This document shows positions 1 to 9,689 of a DNA stretch of 64,000 nt, one piece after another. A program made the translations under genes and the position numbers. Each line of letters starts with the position of its first letter. Position 1 is the first letter of the stretch. The stretch is taken from positions 92,171 through 156,170 of the forward strand of contig JAFTFU010000002.1 of the NCBI GenBank assembly GCA_017458285.1, given 5' to 3'. The notes beneath the pieces are model-generated. The model saw only the letters and a program-made list of their open reading frames with translations. It made no database searches and had not been told where the DNA came from. This DNA comes from Clostridia bacterium. Its GTDB lineage: Bacteria; Bacillota; Clostridia; TANB77; CAG-508.

Positions 1-1
1 A

Positions 2-1690
2 AGTCCACAGCGTTGTTTGGCTTGTATATTATTTTTATTATCAGAGAATGAAAACAATGGTCACACAAAAATGAATCTTGCAGATTTAAGAAGTCAATGT
101 TTAAAACTAACACCAACTTGCGCAAGTCATTTTGTTGAAGTTATTAAAACCGATAATATATATTATAGTAAAGAAACAATGGATGCAGCACTCAAAGATA
201 CTTATGAAACTGAAAAATATATTGCTGATACTATTTTGAATAATATTGACAATAAAAATAATGTATGGAATTTTGATACTTCTAAATATCATGCTTTGAA
301 TGGTTTTCAGTTATCAGATGAACAAATGAAAATTATTGATTTAGTTTGTAAAAATCAAATTAGTATTTTAAATGGCTCGGCAGGCGTAGGAAAATCATCT
401 TCGATACAAGCTATTATAAATATGCTTATTGATAATCAAAAATCATTTAAAATTTTTGCTCCGACAGGAAAAGCAGCAAAAGTGATTTCAAATTTTACAG
501 GACAAAAAGCATCTACTATTCATAGAGGATTAGAATACAGTCCTGCCAATATAAAAGAAATAAAATTTTTAGATGAAAACGATAGAGAACAAACTGAATA
601 TACTTGTTGGGGATATAATCGACAGGATAAATTATTTTGTGATATCGTTATCATAGATGAGTTTTCAATGGTAGATTTGAATTTATTTAAAAAAGTAATT
701 GATGCAATAGATTTTACCAAAACAAAACTCTTAATGATAGGTGACAATGCACAGCTCCCTTCTGTTGGTTGCGGTAATTTACTTCACGATTTTATGAAAA
801 GTAAAATTATTCCTACTGTAACACTTACCAAAGTATTTAGATATAGTGAAGGTGGGTTAATGAAAGTAGCGACAGATGTCAGATGCTCAAAAACTTATTT
901 AGATAATACTATGAAATCAAAAGCTACTGTATTCGGCAATAATCAAGATTATGTGTTTATTGATTTGGACTCAGAAGCAATACCTAAAAATGCTGTTGCT
1001 TTATATAAGAAATTATTAGACAAAGGCAATACCATTGAAAACATACAAGTCTTAACTGCTAAAAATGTAAGTGAATGTGGCACAAATGTTTTGAATAATA
1101 TGTTACAAAGAATAGCAAATCCTAATTGTAATTCAGCAACAAATATAAAAGTAGGCGATACTACTTATTATATAGGTGATTTAATTATTCAAAAACAGAA
1201 TAACTATAAAGCTAAATTAGACTGCAATCATTTGTTAAGCAATATGAAATCAGTTGAAACAGAAAAAACTTTATTTGATTTAGAAACACAATTATTAAGT
1301 GATAGTATTAAAGATAGTGAATCTCCAACTGTATTTGTGGCAAATGGTGAAACAGGAATAATTAAAGATATATATGACATGACAGTTATAATTGATTTTG
1401 ATGGCATATATGTTAAATACAACAAAGAAGATATGAATATGGTTGGACTTGGATATGCGATTACCATTCACAAATCACAAGGCAGTAATATTGATAATGT
1501 TATCCTTTGTACCCCACAGAGCCATATTTTTATGCTTAACAATAATCTACTTTATACAGGCTTAACAAGAATGAGAAAGAAATGTTATCATTTGGGAACA
1601 TTAAAAAGTGTAAATCAGGCAATCAGTAAAAAAGCAAATTTGGAAAGAAATACATTTATGCAGAATTTATTAAAACAGACGGAGGTATAA
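2..1690 (+). CDS. RecD/Dda-like SF1 DNA helicase, probably 5'-truncated by the window edge
   Basis: Walker A GSAGVGKSS, Walker B VIIDEFSMV and a C-terminal AITIHKSQGS motif. The frame stays open from nt 2. There is no SD before TTG 17 or ATG 71. Confidence 0.8.
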   Translation, partial: SPQRCLACILFLLSENENNGHTKMNLADLRSQCLKLTPTCASHFVEVIKTDNIYYSKETMDAALKDTYETEKYIADTILNNIDNKNNVWNFDTSKYHALNGFQLSDEQMKIIDLVCKNQISILNGSAGVGKSSSIQAIINMLIDNQKSFKIFAPTGKAAKVISNFTGQKASTIHRGLEYSPANIKEIKFLDENDREQTEYTCWGYNRQDKLFCDIVIIDEFSMVDLNLFKKVIDAIDFTKTKLLMIGDNAQLPSVGCGNLLHDFMKSKIIPTVTLTKVFRYSEGGLMKVATDVRCSKTYLDNTMKSKATVFGNNQDYVFIDLDSEAIPKNAVALYKKLLDKGNTIENIQVLTAKNVSECGTNVLNNMLQRIANPNCNSATNIKVGDTTYYIGDLIIQKQNNYKAKLDCNHLLSNMKSVETEKTLFDLETQLLSDSIKDSESPTVFVANGETGIIKDIYDMTVIIDFDGIYVKYNKEDMNMVGLGYAITIHKSQGSNIDNVILCTPQSHIFMLNNNLLYTGLTRMRKKCYHLGTLKSVNQAISKKANLERNTFMQNLLKQTEV

Positions 1691-1734
1691 ATAGTAAATT
1701 TATAAAAATAATATAATAAAAATAAAAAAATTAC

Positions 1735-1763
1735 TTGACATATAACTAATAAAGATGTATAAT
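1735..1763 (+). promoter_or_regulatory. Consensus sigma-A/sigma-70 promoter upstream of nrdD
   Basis: TTGACA (1735-1740), a 17-nt spacer, then TATAAT (1758-1763), with an A-rich tract upstream. Confidence 0.7.
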
Positions 1764-1884
1764 AAATACAGTTAATTTATATGATTGATGTTGAGTGAAT
1801 CAATGACATACTCTATATTATAATATTATCAGTATTGAAAATAAATATAAAATGAGTATGTCATTAAAAATATATTTAACTAAT

Positions 1885-1950
1885 AAAGATGTATAATAAA
1901 TATAGTGGAGGCGGTTTAAAGATGTATAATAAATATAGTGGAGGCGGTTT
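1885..1950 (+). repeat. Perfect 33-bp tandem duplication spanning a TATAAT box and the nrdD Shine-Dalgarno
   Basis: The unit aaagatgtataataaatatagtggaggcggttt occurs at 1885-1917 and again at 1918-1950. A third partial copy (ctaataaagatgtataataaata) lies inside the promoter at 1746-1768. Confidence 0.9.
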
Positions 1951-1951
1951 G

Positions 1952-4216
1952 ATGAAAGTCATCAAAAGAGATGGCAGAATTGTTGACTTTGACAAACATC
2001 GAATAACTAATGCTATTTTAAAAGCATACAAACAAGTAGATGACAAACTTAACGACCAAACACGATTTGATGCTGAGAGTATTGCAGATAGAATTGAATT
2101 GTTTTGTCAAAATAATAACAATGACAATACATCGGTAGAACAAATACAAGATTTAGTTGAACAATATTTGATGAAAACATCAAGAAAAGATGTTGCAAAA
2201 GCATATATTATTTATCGTAACGATAGGACAAGGGTAAGGGAATCAAAAAGCGAATTGTCAAAAGAAATAACAAATAAACTATATGCTAAATCAGTTGAAA
2301 ATCAAAATGCAAATGTAGATGAACATTCATTTGGCGGCAGAATGGGATCTGCGACAAGTGCAGTAACGAAAGATTATGCTTTGAATTATTGTATGTCTGA
2401 AATGGCAAAAAATAATCATCTAAATAACGAGATTTACATACACGACTTAGATCATTATGCTATTGGTGACCATAATTGTTTATCTGTGCCTTTTGACAAA
2501 TTGCTTGCCAACGGTTTTAATACAAGGCAAACAGATGTAAGACCAGCCCAATCAGTGGGTACTGCATTTCAACTTGTCGCAGTTATTTTTCAGTTGCAAA
2601 GTTTACAGCAATTTGGCGGTGTTAGTGCAACTCATTTAGATTGGACTATGATACCTTATGTTAGGAAAAGTTTTTATAAGCATTTTAAGAACGGTGCAAT
2701 GTACTTATCTAATCCTCGTTTTTATAAATGGTTTAACGGAGAGGTATATAAAAATCTTAAATCAAACCCCAATATTCCAATAGACAAATTTAAAGAATAT
2801 ATTGCGGAATATTACGATACTGAACAAAATGATAATTTAGATTCAATATATCAATATGCTATAGATATGACAGAAAAAGAGATATATCAAGCAGTTGAGG
2901 GATTATACCACAATTTGAATACGCTCCAAAGTCGCTCAGGAAATCAGTTGCCATTTACCAGTATTAATTACGGTACTTGTACTAAACCCGAAGGTAGAAT
3001 GATTACAAAAGCATTGCTTGAAGTTTTGATTAAAGGTATTGGTAAATTACATAAGACATCTATTTTTCCTTGTGGTATCTTTCAAGTGATGAAAGGTGTA
3101 AATAAAGAGCCGGATAGTCCTAACTACGATTTATATAGACTTGCATTAAAATCCACATCGCTTAGACTTTATCCTAATTATGCAAATGTTGATTGGAGTG
3201 GCAATCAGGGTTACGATACCAATGACCCTAAAACTATTTTTAGCACAATGGGATGCAGAACTGCTAACGGATGGGATATAAACGGCTTTAGACAGCTTAA
3301 AGATGGTAGAGGAAATATTTGTCCTGTGACAATTATTATGCCTACACTTGCTATGCAAGCACTGAAAAAATGTATAACATCTGACGATAATGTTATAAAA
3401 ATATTTATGAATATACTTGACCAAAAAATCCATGAAGCTAAAGATATGTTAATTGAAAGATTTGAATGGATTTGTTCTCAATCTCCAGATTCAGCAAAGT
3501 TTATGTACGAGAATGGTCTTATGGAAGGATATATTCCAGAAGAAGGTATTAGGTCTGCACTCAAACATGGAACACTTGCTTTAGGGCAATTAGGACTTGC
3601 AGAAACATTACAAATTCTTATTGGGAAAGACCATACAACAAAGAAAGGAATGGAACTTGCTAAAAAGATAGAACAACTATTTAAAGATAAATGTGCAGAA
3701 TTTAAAGAGAAGTATAAACTAAATTTTGGCGTGTATTACACGCCAGCCGAAAATTTATGTTTTACAGCTATGAAAAAATTTAAAGATACTTATGGCGAAA
3801 TTCCTAATGTATCAGATAAGAAATTCTTTACCAATAGTATTCACGTTCCTGTGTGGAAAGACATTACTCCATTTGAAAAAATAGATATTGAATCTCAACT
3901 TACAGGATATAGTTCCGCTGGTTGTATTACTTACGTTGAATTACCTTCGTCTGCAAAGCATAATATTGATGCACTTGAAACCATAGTTAATTATGCAATG
4001 GATAACGATATTCCTTATTTTGCAATAAATGTTCCTAACGATACTTGCTTAGATTGCGGTTATACAGATGAAATAGGAAATAATTGTCCTAAATGTGGTA
4101 GTAAAAATATTCAAAGATTGCGTAGAGTGACAGGCTATTTAACGGGCGATTATAAAACAGCATTTAACGAAGGCAAACAACAAGAAGCAGAGATGAGGGT
4201 GAAACATACAAAATGA
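1952..4216 (+). CDS. nrdD: Anaerobic ribonucleoside-triphosphate reductase (class III)
   Basis: N-terminal ATP-cone (VIKRDGRIVDFDKHRITNAI), a C-terminal Zn site (CLDCGY...CPKCGS) and the glycyl-radical motif RRVTGYLTG. Start placed at ATG 1952, after the GGAGG of the second repeat copy. Confidence 0.9.
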   Translation: MKVIKRDGRIVDFDKHRITNAILKAYKQVDDKLNDQTRFDAESIADRIELFCQNNNNDNTSVEQIQDLVEQYLMKTSRKDVAKAYIIYRNDRTRVRESKSELSKEITNKLYAKSVENQNANVDEHSFGGRMGSATSAVTKDYALNYCMSEMAKNNHLNNEIYIHDLDHYAIGDHNCLSVPFDKLLANGFNTRQTDVRPAQSVGTAFQLVAVIFQLQSLQQFGGVSATHLDWTMIPYVRKSFYKHFKNGAMYLSNPRFYKWFNGEVYKNLKSNPNIPIDKFKEYIAEYYDTEQNDNLDSIYQYAIDMTEKEIYQAVEGLYHNLNTLQSRSGNQLPFTSINYGTCTKPEGRMITKALLEVLIKGIGKLHKTSIFPCGIFQVMKGVNKEPDSPNYDLYRLALKSTSLRLYPNYANVDWSGNQGYDTNDPKTIFSTMGCRTANGWDINGFRQLKDGRGNICPVTIIMPTLAMQALKKCITSDDNVIKIFMNILDQKIHEAKDMLIERFEWICSQSPDSAKFMYENGLMEGYIPEEGIRSALKHGTLALGQLGLAETLQILIGKDHTTKKGMELAKKIEQLFKDKCAEFKEKYKLNFGVYYTPAENLCFTAMKKFKDTYGEIPNVSDKKFFTNSIHVPVWKDITPFEKIDIESQLTGYSSAGCITYVELPSSAKHNIDALETIVNYAMDNDIPYFAINVPNDTCLDCGYTDEIGNNCPKCGSKNIQRLRRVTGYLTGDYKTAFNEGKQQEAEMRVKHTK

Positions 4217-4845
4217 GATATGCGAGAATAGACAAATGTGATATTTGTAATGGAAATGATGTAGGGGTATCAATCTTTGTTCAGGGTTGTCACTTTCATT
4301 GCAAAGGCTGTTTTAATAAAGAAACTTGGGATTTTAATGGTGGTAAAGAATGGAATGAGGGAATTGAAAAACAATTTATTGGATTAATTTCTAAACCATA
4401 TATTAAACGAGTATCTATATTAGGCGGTGAACCTCTTGCAGATGAAAATTTGGAATTAACACAAATGCTTATTGCTTTAATATTAAAAACATCATTATCA
4501 ACAAACAAAAAAATAATGATATGGATATATACAGGATATATTTTAGAAACAATACAAAATGACGTACATATTGCAAATCAAGAAATTTTCTTTTGTGAAC
4601 AAGATAAATTATCTGATGACGATATAGATAAAATAATAAAAAATAAAATTACTATATTTGATAATGATAATAGAATAAAAAGAAATAATATAGCATTAAT
4701 GTGTGATTATCTTGTTGACGGCAGATTTGAAATCGATAAACAAGATTTAACGTATAGCAAAGTCAAATTTGCTGGCAGCACAAACCAAAGAATAATTGAC
4801 ATACAGAAAACATTAGAAAAAGGAGAAATAGTATTATATGAATAG
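4213..4845 (+). CDS. nrdG: Anaerobic RNR activating enzyme (radical SAM)
   Basis: CxxxCxxC cluster (GCHFHCKGC) near the N-terminus. The start overlaps the nrdD stop (ATGA) and the size is typical for NrdG. Confidence 0.85.
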   Translation: MRYARIDKCDICNGNDVGVSIFVQGCHFHCKGCFNKETWDFNGGKEWNEGIEKQFIGLISKPYIKRVSILGGEPLADENLELTQMLIALILKTSLSTNKKIMIWIYTGYILETIQNDVHIANQEIFFCEQDKLSDDDIDKIIKNKITIFDNDNRIKRNNIALMCDYLVDGRFEIDKQDLTYSKVKFAGSTNQRIIDIQKTLEKGEIVLYE

Positions 4846-5371
4846 AATAGCTAAATTTGAAAAGGTAAGTTTTGAACAGTTTAAGAAAGATTTTATTAAG
4901 TGTTTTAACGGTGAGTCAACAACTTATAATGAAGCATATATAGAATCAATATATAATAACATTAAACTTCCTGAACGAAAGACTAAGCATAGCGGAGGTT
5001 ATGATTTTCATACACCAATTTCTTTTACACTTCCTTTTGGCGATAATATCATAGTTCCTACTGGTATTAAAGCAAGAATTGATGAAGGTTGGGTGCTTAA
5101 AGAATATGTCCGTAGCTCAATCGGATTTAAGTATGGTGTATCTCTTGCAAATGGTACAGGCATAATTGACGGTGACTATTATAATAATAAAGATAATGAG
5201 GGGCATATCTTTATTAAACTTTCAAACAACGATAGGACTTTTAAAAAAGCATTGACTATTTTTAACGGTGATGCTTTCTGTCAGGGTATATTTGTTCCTT
5301 ATGGTATTACAGTTGATGATAATGCAACAGATATTCGTAAGGGCGGTATCGGTAGTACAAACAGCAGATAA
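4838..5371 (+). CDS. dut: dUTP diphosphatase
   Basis: dUTPase motifs GGYDF, GIIDGDYYNN and C-terminal RKGGIGSTN. Confidence 0.8.
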   Translation: MNRIAKFEKVSFEQFKKDFIKCFNGESTTYNEAYIESIYNNIKLPERKTKHSGGYDFHTPISFTLPFGDNIIVPTGIKARIDEGWVLKEYVRSSIGFKYGVSLANGTGIIDGDYYNNKDNEGHIFIKLSNNDRTFKKALTIFNGDAFCQGIFVPYGITVDDNATDIRKGGIGSTNSR

Positions 5372-5387
5372 TTAATAATATTTCACG

Positions 5388-5422
5388 CTTCTAAATTACC
5401 TTATTTTAAGGTGATTTAGAAG
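5388..5422 (+). terminator. Long perfect hairpin after dut (16-bp stem)
   Basis: cttctaaattacctta / taaggtgatttagaag with one G-T wobble and a ttt loop. There is no clean U-tract, so it may be an RNA stability or processing element rather than a terminator. Confidence 0.35.
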
Positions 5423-5505
5423 TCCAAACTATCACTTAAAATTTAAGTTTTAAGCGATAAAACAAATAAACTAATAAAAATACATAATTGAAAGGTAGAT
5501 TAAAT

Positions 5506-6534
5506 ATGAGTAGATTAGTTAATAAATGGATAAATGGTGATTGTCTTAAAGTGTTAAAGAAAATGCCGGATAAGTGCGTTGACCTTATTATAACAAGTCC
5601 TCCTTATCATAATTTAAGAGTTTATAGTAATGATCCTTGTGATTTATCGAATTGCGAAAGTTACGAAGAGTATTATTATCTGCTTGGTCTTGTAATAACT
5701 GAATGTGAAAGAGTTCTCAAAGATGGCGGTAAGTTTGTAATGCAGTATGAAGATTACAATTATACTCTTGGTAGAGATAATAAAATGGGACAAGAGTCCT
5801 TAACTGGCGATATTGATAAGCTATTTAAGGATAACAATATGAGTTTGTGGACTAAAGCTTTTTGGCGTAAGTATTCAGCACAGAGAGCCATGTTGGCACA
5901 GGGTAATCTTTATTATCGTAATATGAAAGCAAGAGATACTATTTTGGCAGCTAATGTAGGTTTTGTTTATGTATATAAGAAGTCAGGGGATTGTGAACTG
6001 ATTAAGGCTTCGGATATTACGCTTGAAGAATGGGCCAACTGGGCTGACGGTGTATGGAATATAAGCAACACAGGCATAGGACACACAACACCTTTCGCAG
6101 AGGAACTTGTAAAAAGGTGTGTTAAATTATGGTCTTGCCCTAATGATACAATTCTTGACCCTTTCGCTGGTGCTGGAACAGTTAATAAGGTTGCTATTGA
6201 ATGTGGCAGAAATGCAATAGGTATTGAACTTAATAAGGAGTTTTATGATTTAGCAAATGAAAAGCGTTTCTCTTTGTGGGAGGACAGCGTTTTTGATAGC
6301 AGTGACTCTATTGAAAAAATGAAAGAAAGATTTAACGAACAACTTAATCTTGGCAAAGAGCAGAGTGAGAACGCTAAAAAGGATAAGCAAGAGCAAAAAG
6401 AATTAATTGATAAAAAGAAGGTACTCCAAAAACAGATAAAGGAAATGGAGTTGCAACTTAAAGTACTTGGTCTTAAAGCAAAGGAAATAAAATCTATTAA
6501 AGACAATGTATCTGAAGGTGAAAACGATGATTGA
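5506..6534 (+). CDS. Beta-class DNA methyltransferase (N4-C or N6-A) with C-terminal Lys/Glu coiled-coil tail
   Basis: Motif IV IITSPPYHN lies N-terminal and motif I LDPFAGAGT lies C-terminal. ATG 5506 is preceded by gaaaggtag. Confidence 0.8.
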   Translation: MSRLVNKWINGDCLKVLKKMPDKCVDLIITSPPYHNLRVYSNDPCDLSNCESYEEYYYLLGLVITECERVLKDGGKFVMQYEDYNYTLGRDNKMGQESLTGDIDKLFKDNNMSLWTKAFWRKYSAQRAMLAQGNLYYRNMKARDTILAANVGFVYVYKKSGDCELIKASDITLEEWANWADGVWNISNTGIGHTTPFAEELVKRCVKLWSCPNDTILDPFAGAGTVNKVAIECGRNAIGIELNKEFYDLANEKRFSLWEDSVFDSSDSIEKMKERFNEQLNLGKEQSENAKKDKQEQKELIDKKKVLQKQIKEMELQLKVLGLKAKEIKSIKDNVSEGENDD

Positions 6535-8029
6535 AATTATAGTGCCTGTTGAACAGATTCCATATATAAGAACAATCGAAGGTAGAAAATTTCATAACGG
6601 CAAATGGCAATTTCCTGATAACGCTATTGACACACTTAAAAAATATGGCTTAGTTGGCAGCGACTTAAAAATAGAAACTAAGACTTATAAGCAATATCCT
6701 TTATCAACACACCTTTATTCATATCAAAAAGAAGTTATTAACAAAGCACTGAATGAAAAGGGCTATGGACTCTTTCTTGACACAGGAACAGGTAAATCGG
6801 TATGTGGACTTGAAATCGCAAAGCATATAGGCAAAACTCTTGTACTCTGTCCATTGTCCGTTATTGAAACAGCTTGGATTGATGATTGTCATAGATTTTA
6901 TTCCGATTTGACGATAGTTAATTGTTGGGGGAGTAATAAACAAGACAGGCTAAATAAACTAAATCAAATTGCAGATATATATGTTATGAATTATGAAAGT
7001 TTCAAAATTCTTAAGAACGAAATACGTTCTGCTAATTTTAAATGTATGATTATTGATGAATCATCTGTTATGAAAAATATGAAATCTCAAATAACAAATG
7101 ATATACTTTCAATGATTGATGTTATCCCACGCAGATTCGTTTTAAGTGGTACACCCAATCCAAATAGCAATCTTGAATTATTTCCACAAATGAAATTTGC
7201 CATACCTGAATTATTTGGTAATTCATATTATGGCTGGCAAGCTACATATTTTCATCAGGATATGGCTAACCCTCATTATTGGTTTCAGACACAAGAAGAT
7301 AAAGAGAAATTATTTAGCAGATTATCTGAAGGCTGTATATTCTTAAAAAAAGAGGATTGTATTGATTTGCCACCTAAAGTGTTTGAAATAAAGCAATTTG
7401 AATTAAGTACAACACAGAAAACTTATTATGCTAATATATTACAAGATATTCACGATAATATTAATACTTGGTCTAAGTTTGAGTTCACTGCAAAATTGAT
7501 GAAGTTACGTGAAATTATTAGTGGCTTTATTATTAACAAAGACAATACAATTACTGATTTTGATACGAATAAAGATAAGGCGTTAGAAAATGCTTTTGAT
7601 GAAATCTGCAATAAGCCTATCATAGTATGGTGCCAGTTTCAACATGAAATAGAAAAACTTGCTGAGAAGTATAATGGTATAGCATTAACATCTAAAACTA
7701 AAAATCGTGATGAAATAATCAGACAATTCAAAGAGGGTAAAATCCAAAAACTGTTTACTCACCCTAAATTGTTAGGGAAAGGATTGACTTTTACAAACTG
7801 CACTTATAATATTTATTACTCTCTTTCATTTAGTTATGAGGAATTTAGACAAAGCCAAGATAGAATACACAGGATAGGGCAGATAAATAAATGTACTTAT
7901 ATTGTTTTACAAGGTAAAGATAGTATTGACAATAGAATTTATAATTGTCTTAATAGGAAAGCAAATATTGTCGATGAATTATATATAGAAATGGGCTTAA
8001 AAACAAAGCAAACTGATAAAGTTATATAA
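6527..8029 (+). CDS. SNF2-family helicase/translocase
   Basis: Motif I LDTGTGKS, motif II MIIDESS and motif VI QSQDRIHRIGQ. The start at ATG 6527 follows gaaggtg. Confidence 0.85.
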   Translation: MIEIIVPVEQIPYIRTIEGRKFHNGKWQFPDNAIDTLKKYGLVGSDLKIETKTYKQYPLSTHLYSYQKEVINKALNEKGYGLFLDTGTGKSVCGLEIAKHIGKTLVLCPLSVIETAWIDDCHRFYSDLTIVNCWGSNKQDRLNKLNQIADIYVMNYESFKILKNEIRSANFKCMIIDESSVMKNMKSQITNDILSMIDVIPRRFVLSGTPNPNSNLELFPQMKFAIPELFGNSYYGWQATYFHQDMANPHYWFQTQEDKEKLFSRLSEGCIFLKKEDCIDLPPKVFEIKQFELSTTQKTYYANILQDIHDNINTWSKFEFTAKLMKLREIISGFIINKDNTITDFDTNKDKALENAFDEICNKPIIVWCQFQHEIEKLAEKYNGIALTSKTKNRDEIIRQFKEGKIQKLFTHPKLLGKGLTFTNCTYNIYYSLSFSYEEFRQSQDRIHRIGQINKCTYIVLQGKDSIDNRIYNCLNRKANIVDELYIEMGLKTKQTDKVI

Positions 8030-8049
8030 TTAAAAGAGGTATAATATAA

Positions 8050-8790
8050 ATGATAGAAGAAATTGTAAAAAATCCGCAGAGAGAGAGAGATAGAGTATGT
8101 AAATTAATCAATGACGATTGTTTAAATGTACTTAAAAATATTCCTGACAACTCTATTGATTTAATTGTTACAGACCCACCTTATAAAACTATTACAGGCG
8201 GAAACAAAAATGGAATAAACTCTATTAGACCTAAAGGAATGTTAAGCGGAAATAGAAAACTATTTGCTTATCAAAATACGATACAACCAAATGATTGGAT
8301 GCCAGTAATATATTCAGTATTAAAACCTAATACTCATGCTTATATCTTTACTAACGCTTTAAATATGGAAATAATGCTAACAGAATCTCGTAAAGCAGGC
8401 TTCCAGTTACATAATATACTTGTGTGGGAAAAGAATAATTGTACGCCAAGTCAATATTATATGAAAAATTGTGAGTATGTATTATTGTTACGCAAAGGAA
8501 AGGCAAAATGGATAAATAATATTGGTGATAGTAAAACCGTGCATCAATTTAATAATATTATTGGTTCAAAGTTACATCCAACAGAAAAACCTATTGATTT
8601 GTTGAAGTTTTATATTAATAATTCATCTACGATAAATGATATTGTATTAGACCCATTTATGGGAAGTGGAACTACTGGAGTAGCGGCATTAAATAATGAT
8701 AGAAATTTTATAGGAATTGAATTAGACAAACAGTATTATGACATTGCAGTTAAGAGGATAAACAATGAGGGAAAGAAGAACTATGAATAA
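8050..8790 (+). CDS. Beta-class N6-adenine DNA methyltransferase
   Basis: Motif IV LIVTDPPYK and motif I LDPFMGSGTTG. Confidence 0.85.
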   Translation: MIEEIVKNPQRERDRVCKLINDDCLNVLKNIPDNSIDLIVTDPPYKTITGGNKNGINSIRPKGMLSGNRKLFAYQNTIQPNDWMPVIYSVLKPNTHAYIFTNALNMEIMLTESRKAGFQLHNILVWEKNNCTPSQYYMKNCEYVLLLRKGKAKWINNIGDSKTVHQFNNIIGSKLHPTEKPIDLLKFYINNSSTINDIVLDPFMGSGTTGVAALNNDRNFIGIELDKQYYDIAVKRINNEGKKNYE

Positions 8791-8989
8791 TAAAATGCCG
8801 CTTGTTTCACCGCCTAATGAAACAATTTGGGTTCAATATTTACATAATGAAATTCCAATTTACGCAATAACTTCTACTAAAATTAGAGATTGTTATTATC
8901 TATACGAAGTCAAAGACAATAAATTGATTAAAACAAAATATAAAAATAAAGACCCGACAGAGTTAGAAAAATATATTAAGTATAAATAA
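8783..8989 (+). CDS. Hypothetical small protein
   Basis: ORF only. It overlaps the upstream stop. Confidence 0.4.
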   Translation: MNNKMPLVSPPNETIWVQYLHNEIPIYAITSTKIRDCYYLYEVKDNKLIKTKYKNKDPTELEKYIKYK

Positions 8990-9001
8990 TGAGGTGATAT
9001 T

Positions 9002-9664
9002 ATGAAAGTCTTAGAGTTATTTGTTGGAACTCGCTCAATAGGAAAAGCCTTTGAAGCAAGAGGACACGAAGTATTTAGTGTTGATTGGAACAAAGATTTT
9101 GACAACATTAATTTATATAAAGACATAAACGAATTAAAAGCAGACGAAATATTAACAAAATTTGGACATCCCGATGTTATATGGATGTCACCTGATTGCA
9201 CCACGTTTTCAATCGCAGCTATCAGCCACCACCGAAGAAAAAATCAAGATAATGGCAGTCTTGAACCAATAAGCAATTATGCTAAATTTTGTGATATAGT
9301 AGATCAGCACTGCCTTGATTTGATAAGAGAATTAAACCCAAGATATTGGTTTATTGAAAATCCAAGGGGGTTAAGGAAGATGGTTTGGATGCAAGGATTA
9401 CCAAGATATACAGTTACATATTGCCAATATGGTGATAAACGAATGAAACCAACGGATATTTGGACTAATCATCCTAATCCCAAATTTAAACCACCTTGCC
9501 ACAATGGTGATCCATGTCATATTTCTGCTCCAAGAGGTGCAAAAACTGGAACTCAGGGATTAAAAGGTAGTGTTGAGCGTTCAGTGATTCCTCGCAAATT
9601 ATGTGAACACATAGTTAAAATATGTGAAGAGTCCTTAAAGACAAAACAAAGTTTTAAATGTTAA
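9002..9664 (+). CDS. Minimal C5-cytosine-methyltransferase-like protein (almost no target-recognition domain)
   Basis: Motif I-like LELFVGTRSIGKAF, motif IV SPDCTTFS with the catalytic Cys, motif VI IENPRG and motif X-like RSVIPRKL. The protein is only 220 aa. Confidence 0.65.
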   Translation: MKVLELFVGTRSIGKAFEARGHEVFSVDWNKDFDNINLYKDINELKADEILTKFGHPDVIWMSPDCTTFSIAAISHHRRKNQDNGSLEPISNYAKFCDIVDQHCLDLIRELNPRYWFIENPRGLRKMVWMQGLPRYTVTYCQYGDKRMKPTDIWTNHPNPKFKPPCHNGDPCHISAPRGAKTGTQGLKGSVERSVIPRKLCEHIVKICEESLKTKQSFKC

Positions 9665-9689
9665 TTTAATTATATACGGGGGTTTAAAA

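Noticed and set aside
1770-1880. NrdR boxes in the nrdD leader
   Set aside because: The inverted ATGACATACTC elements are 51 bp apart and do not match the paired 16-bp NrdR palindromes.
1889-1951. N-terminal MYNKYSGGGLK-MYNKYSGGGL extension of NrdD
   Set aside because: This peptide repeat is simply the translated 33-bp DNA duplication, which carries TATAAT and GGAGG. The ATP-cone starts at MKVIKRDG (ATG 1952) with a correctly spaced SD.
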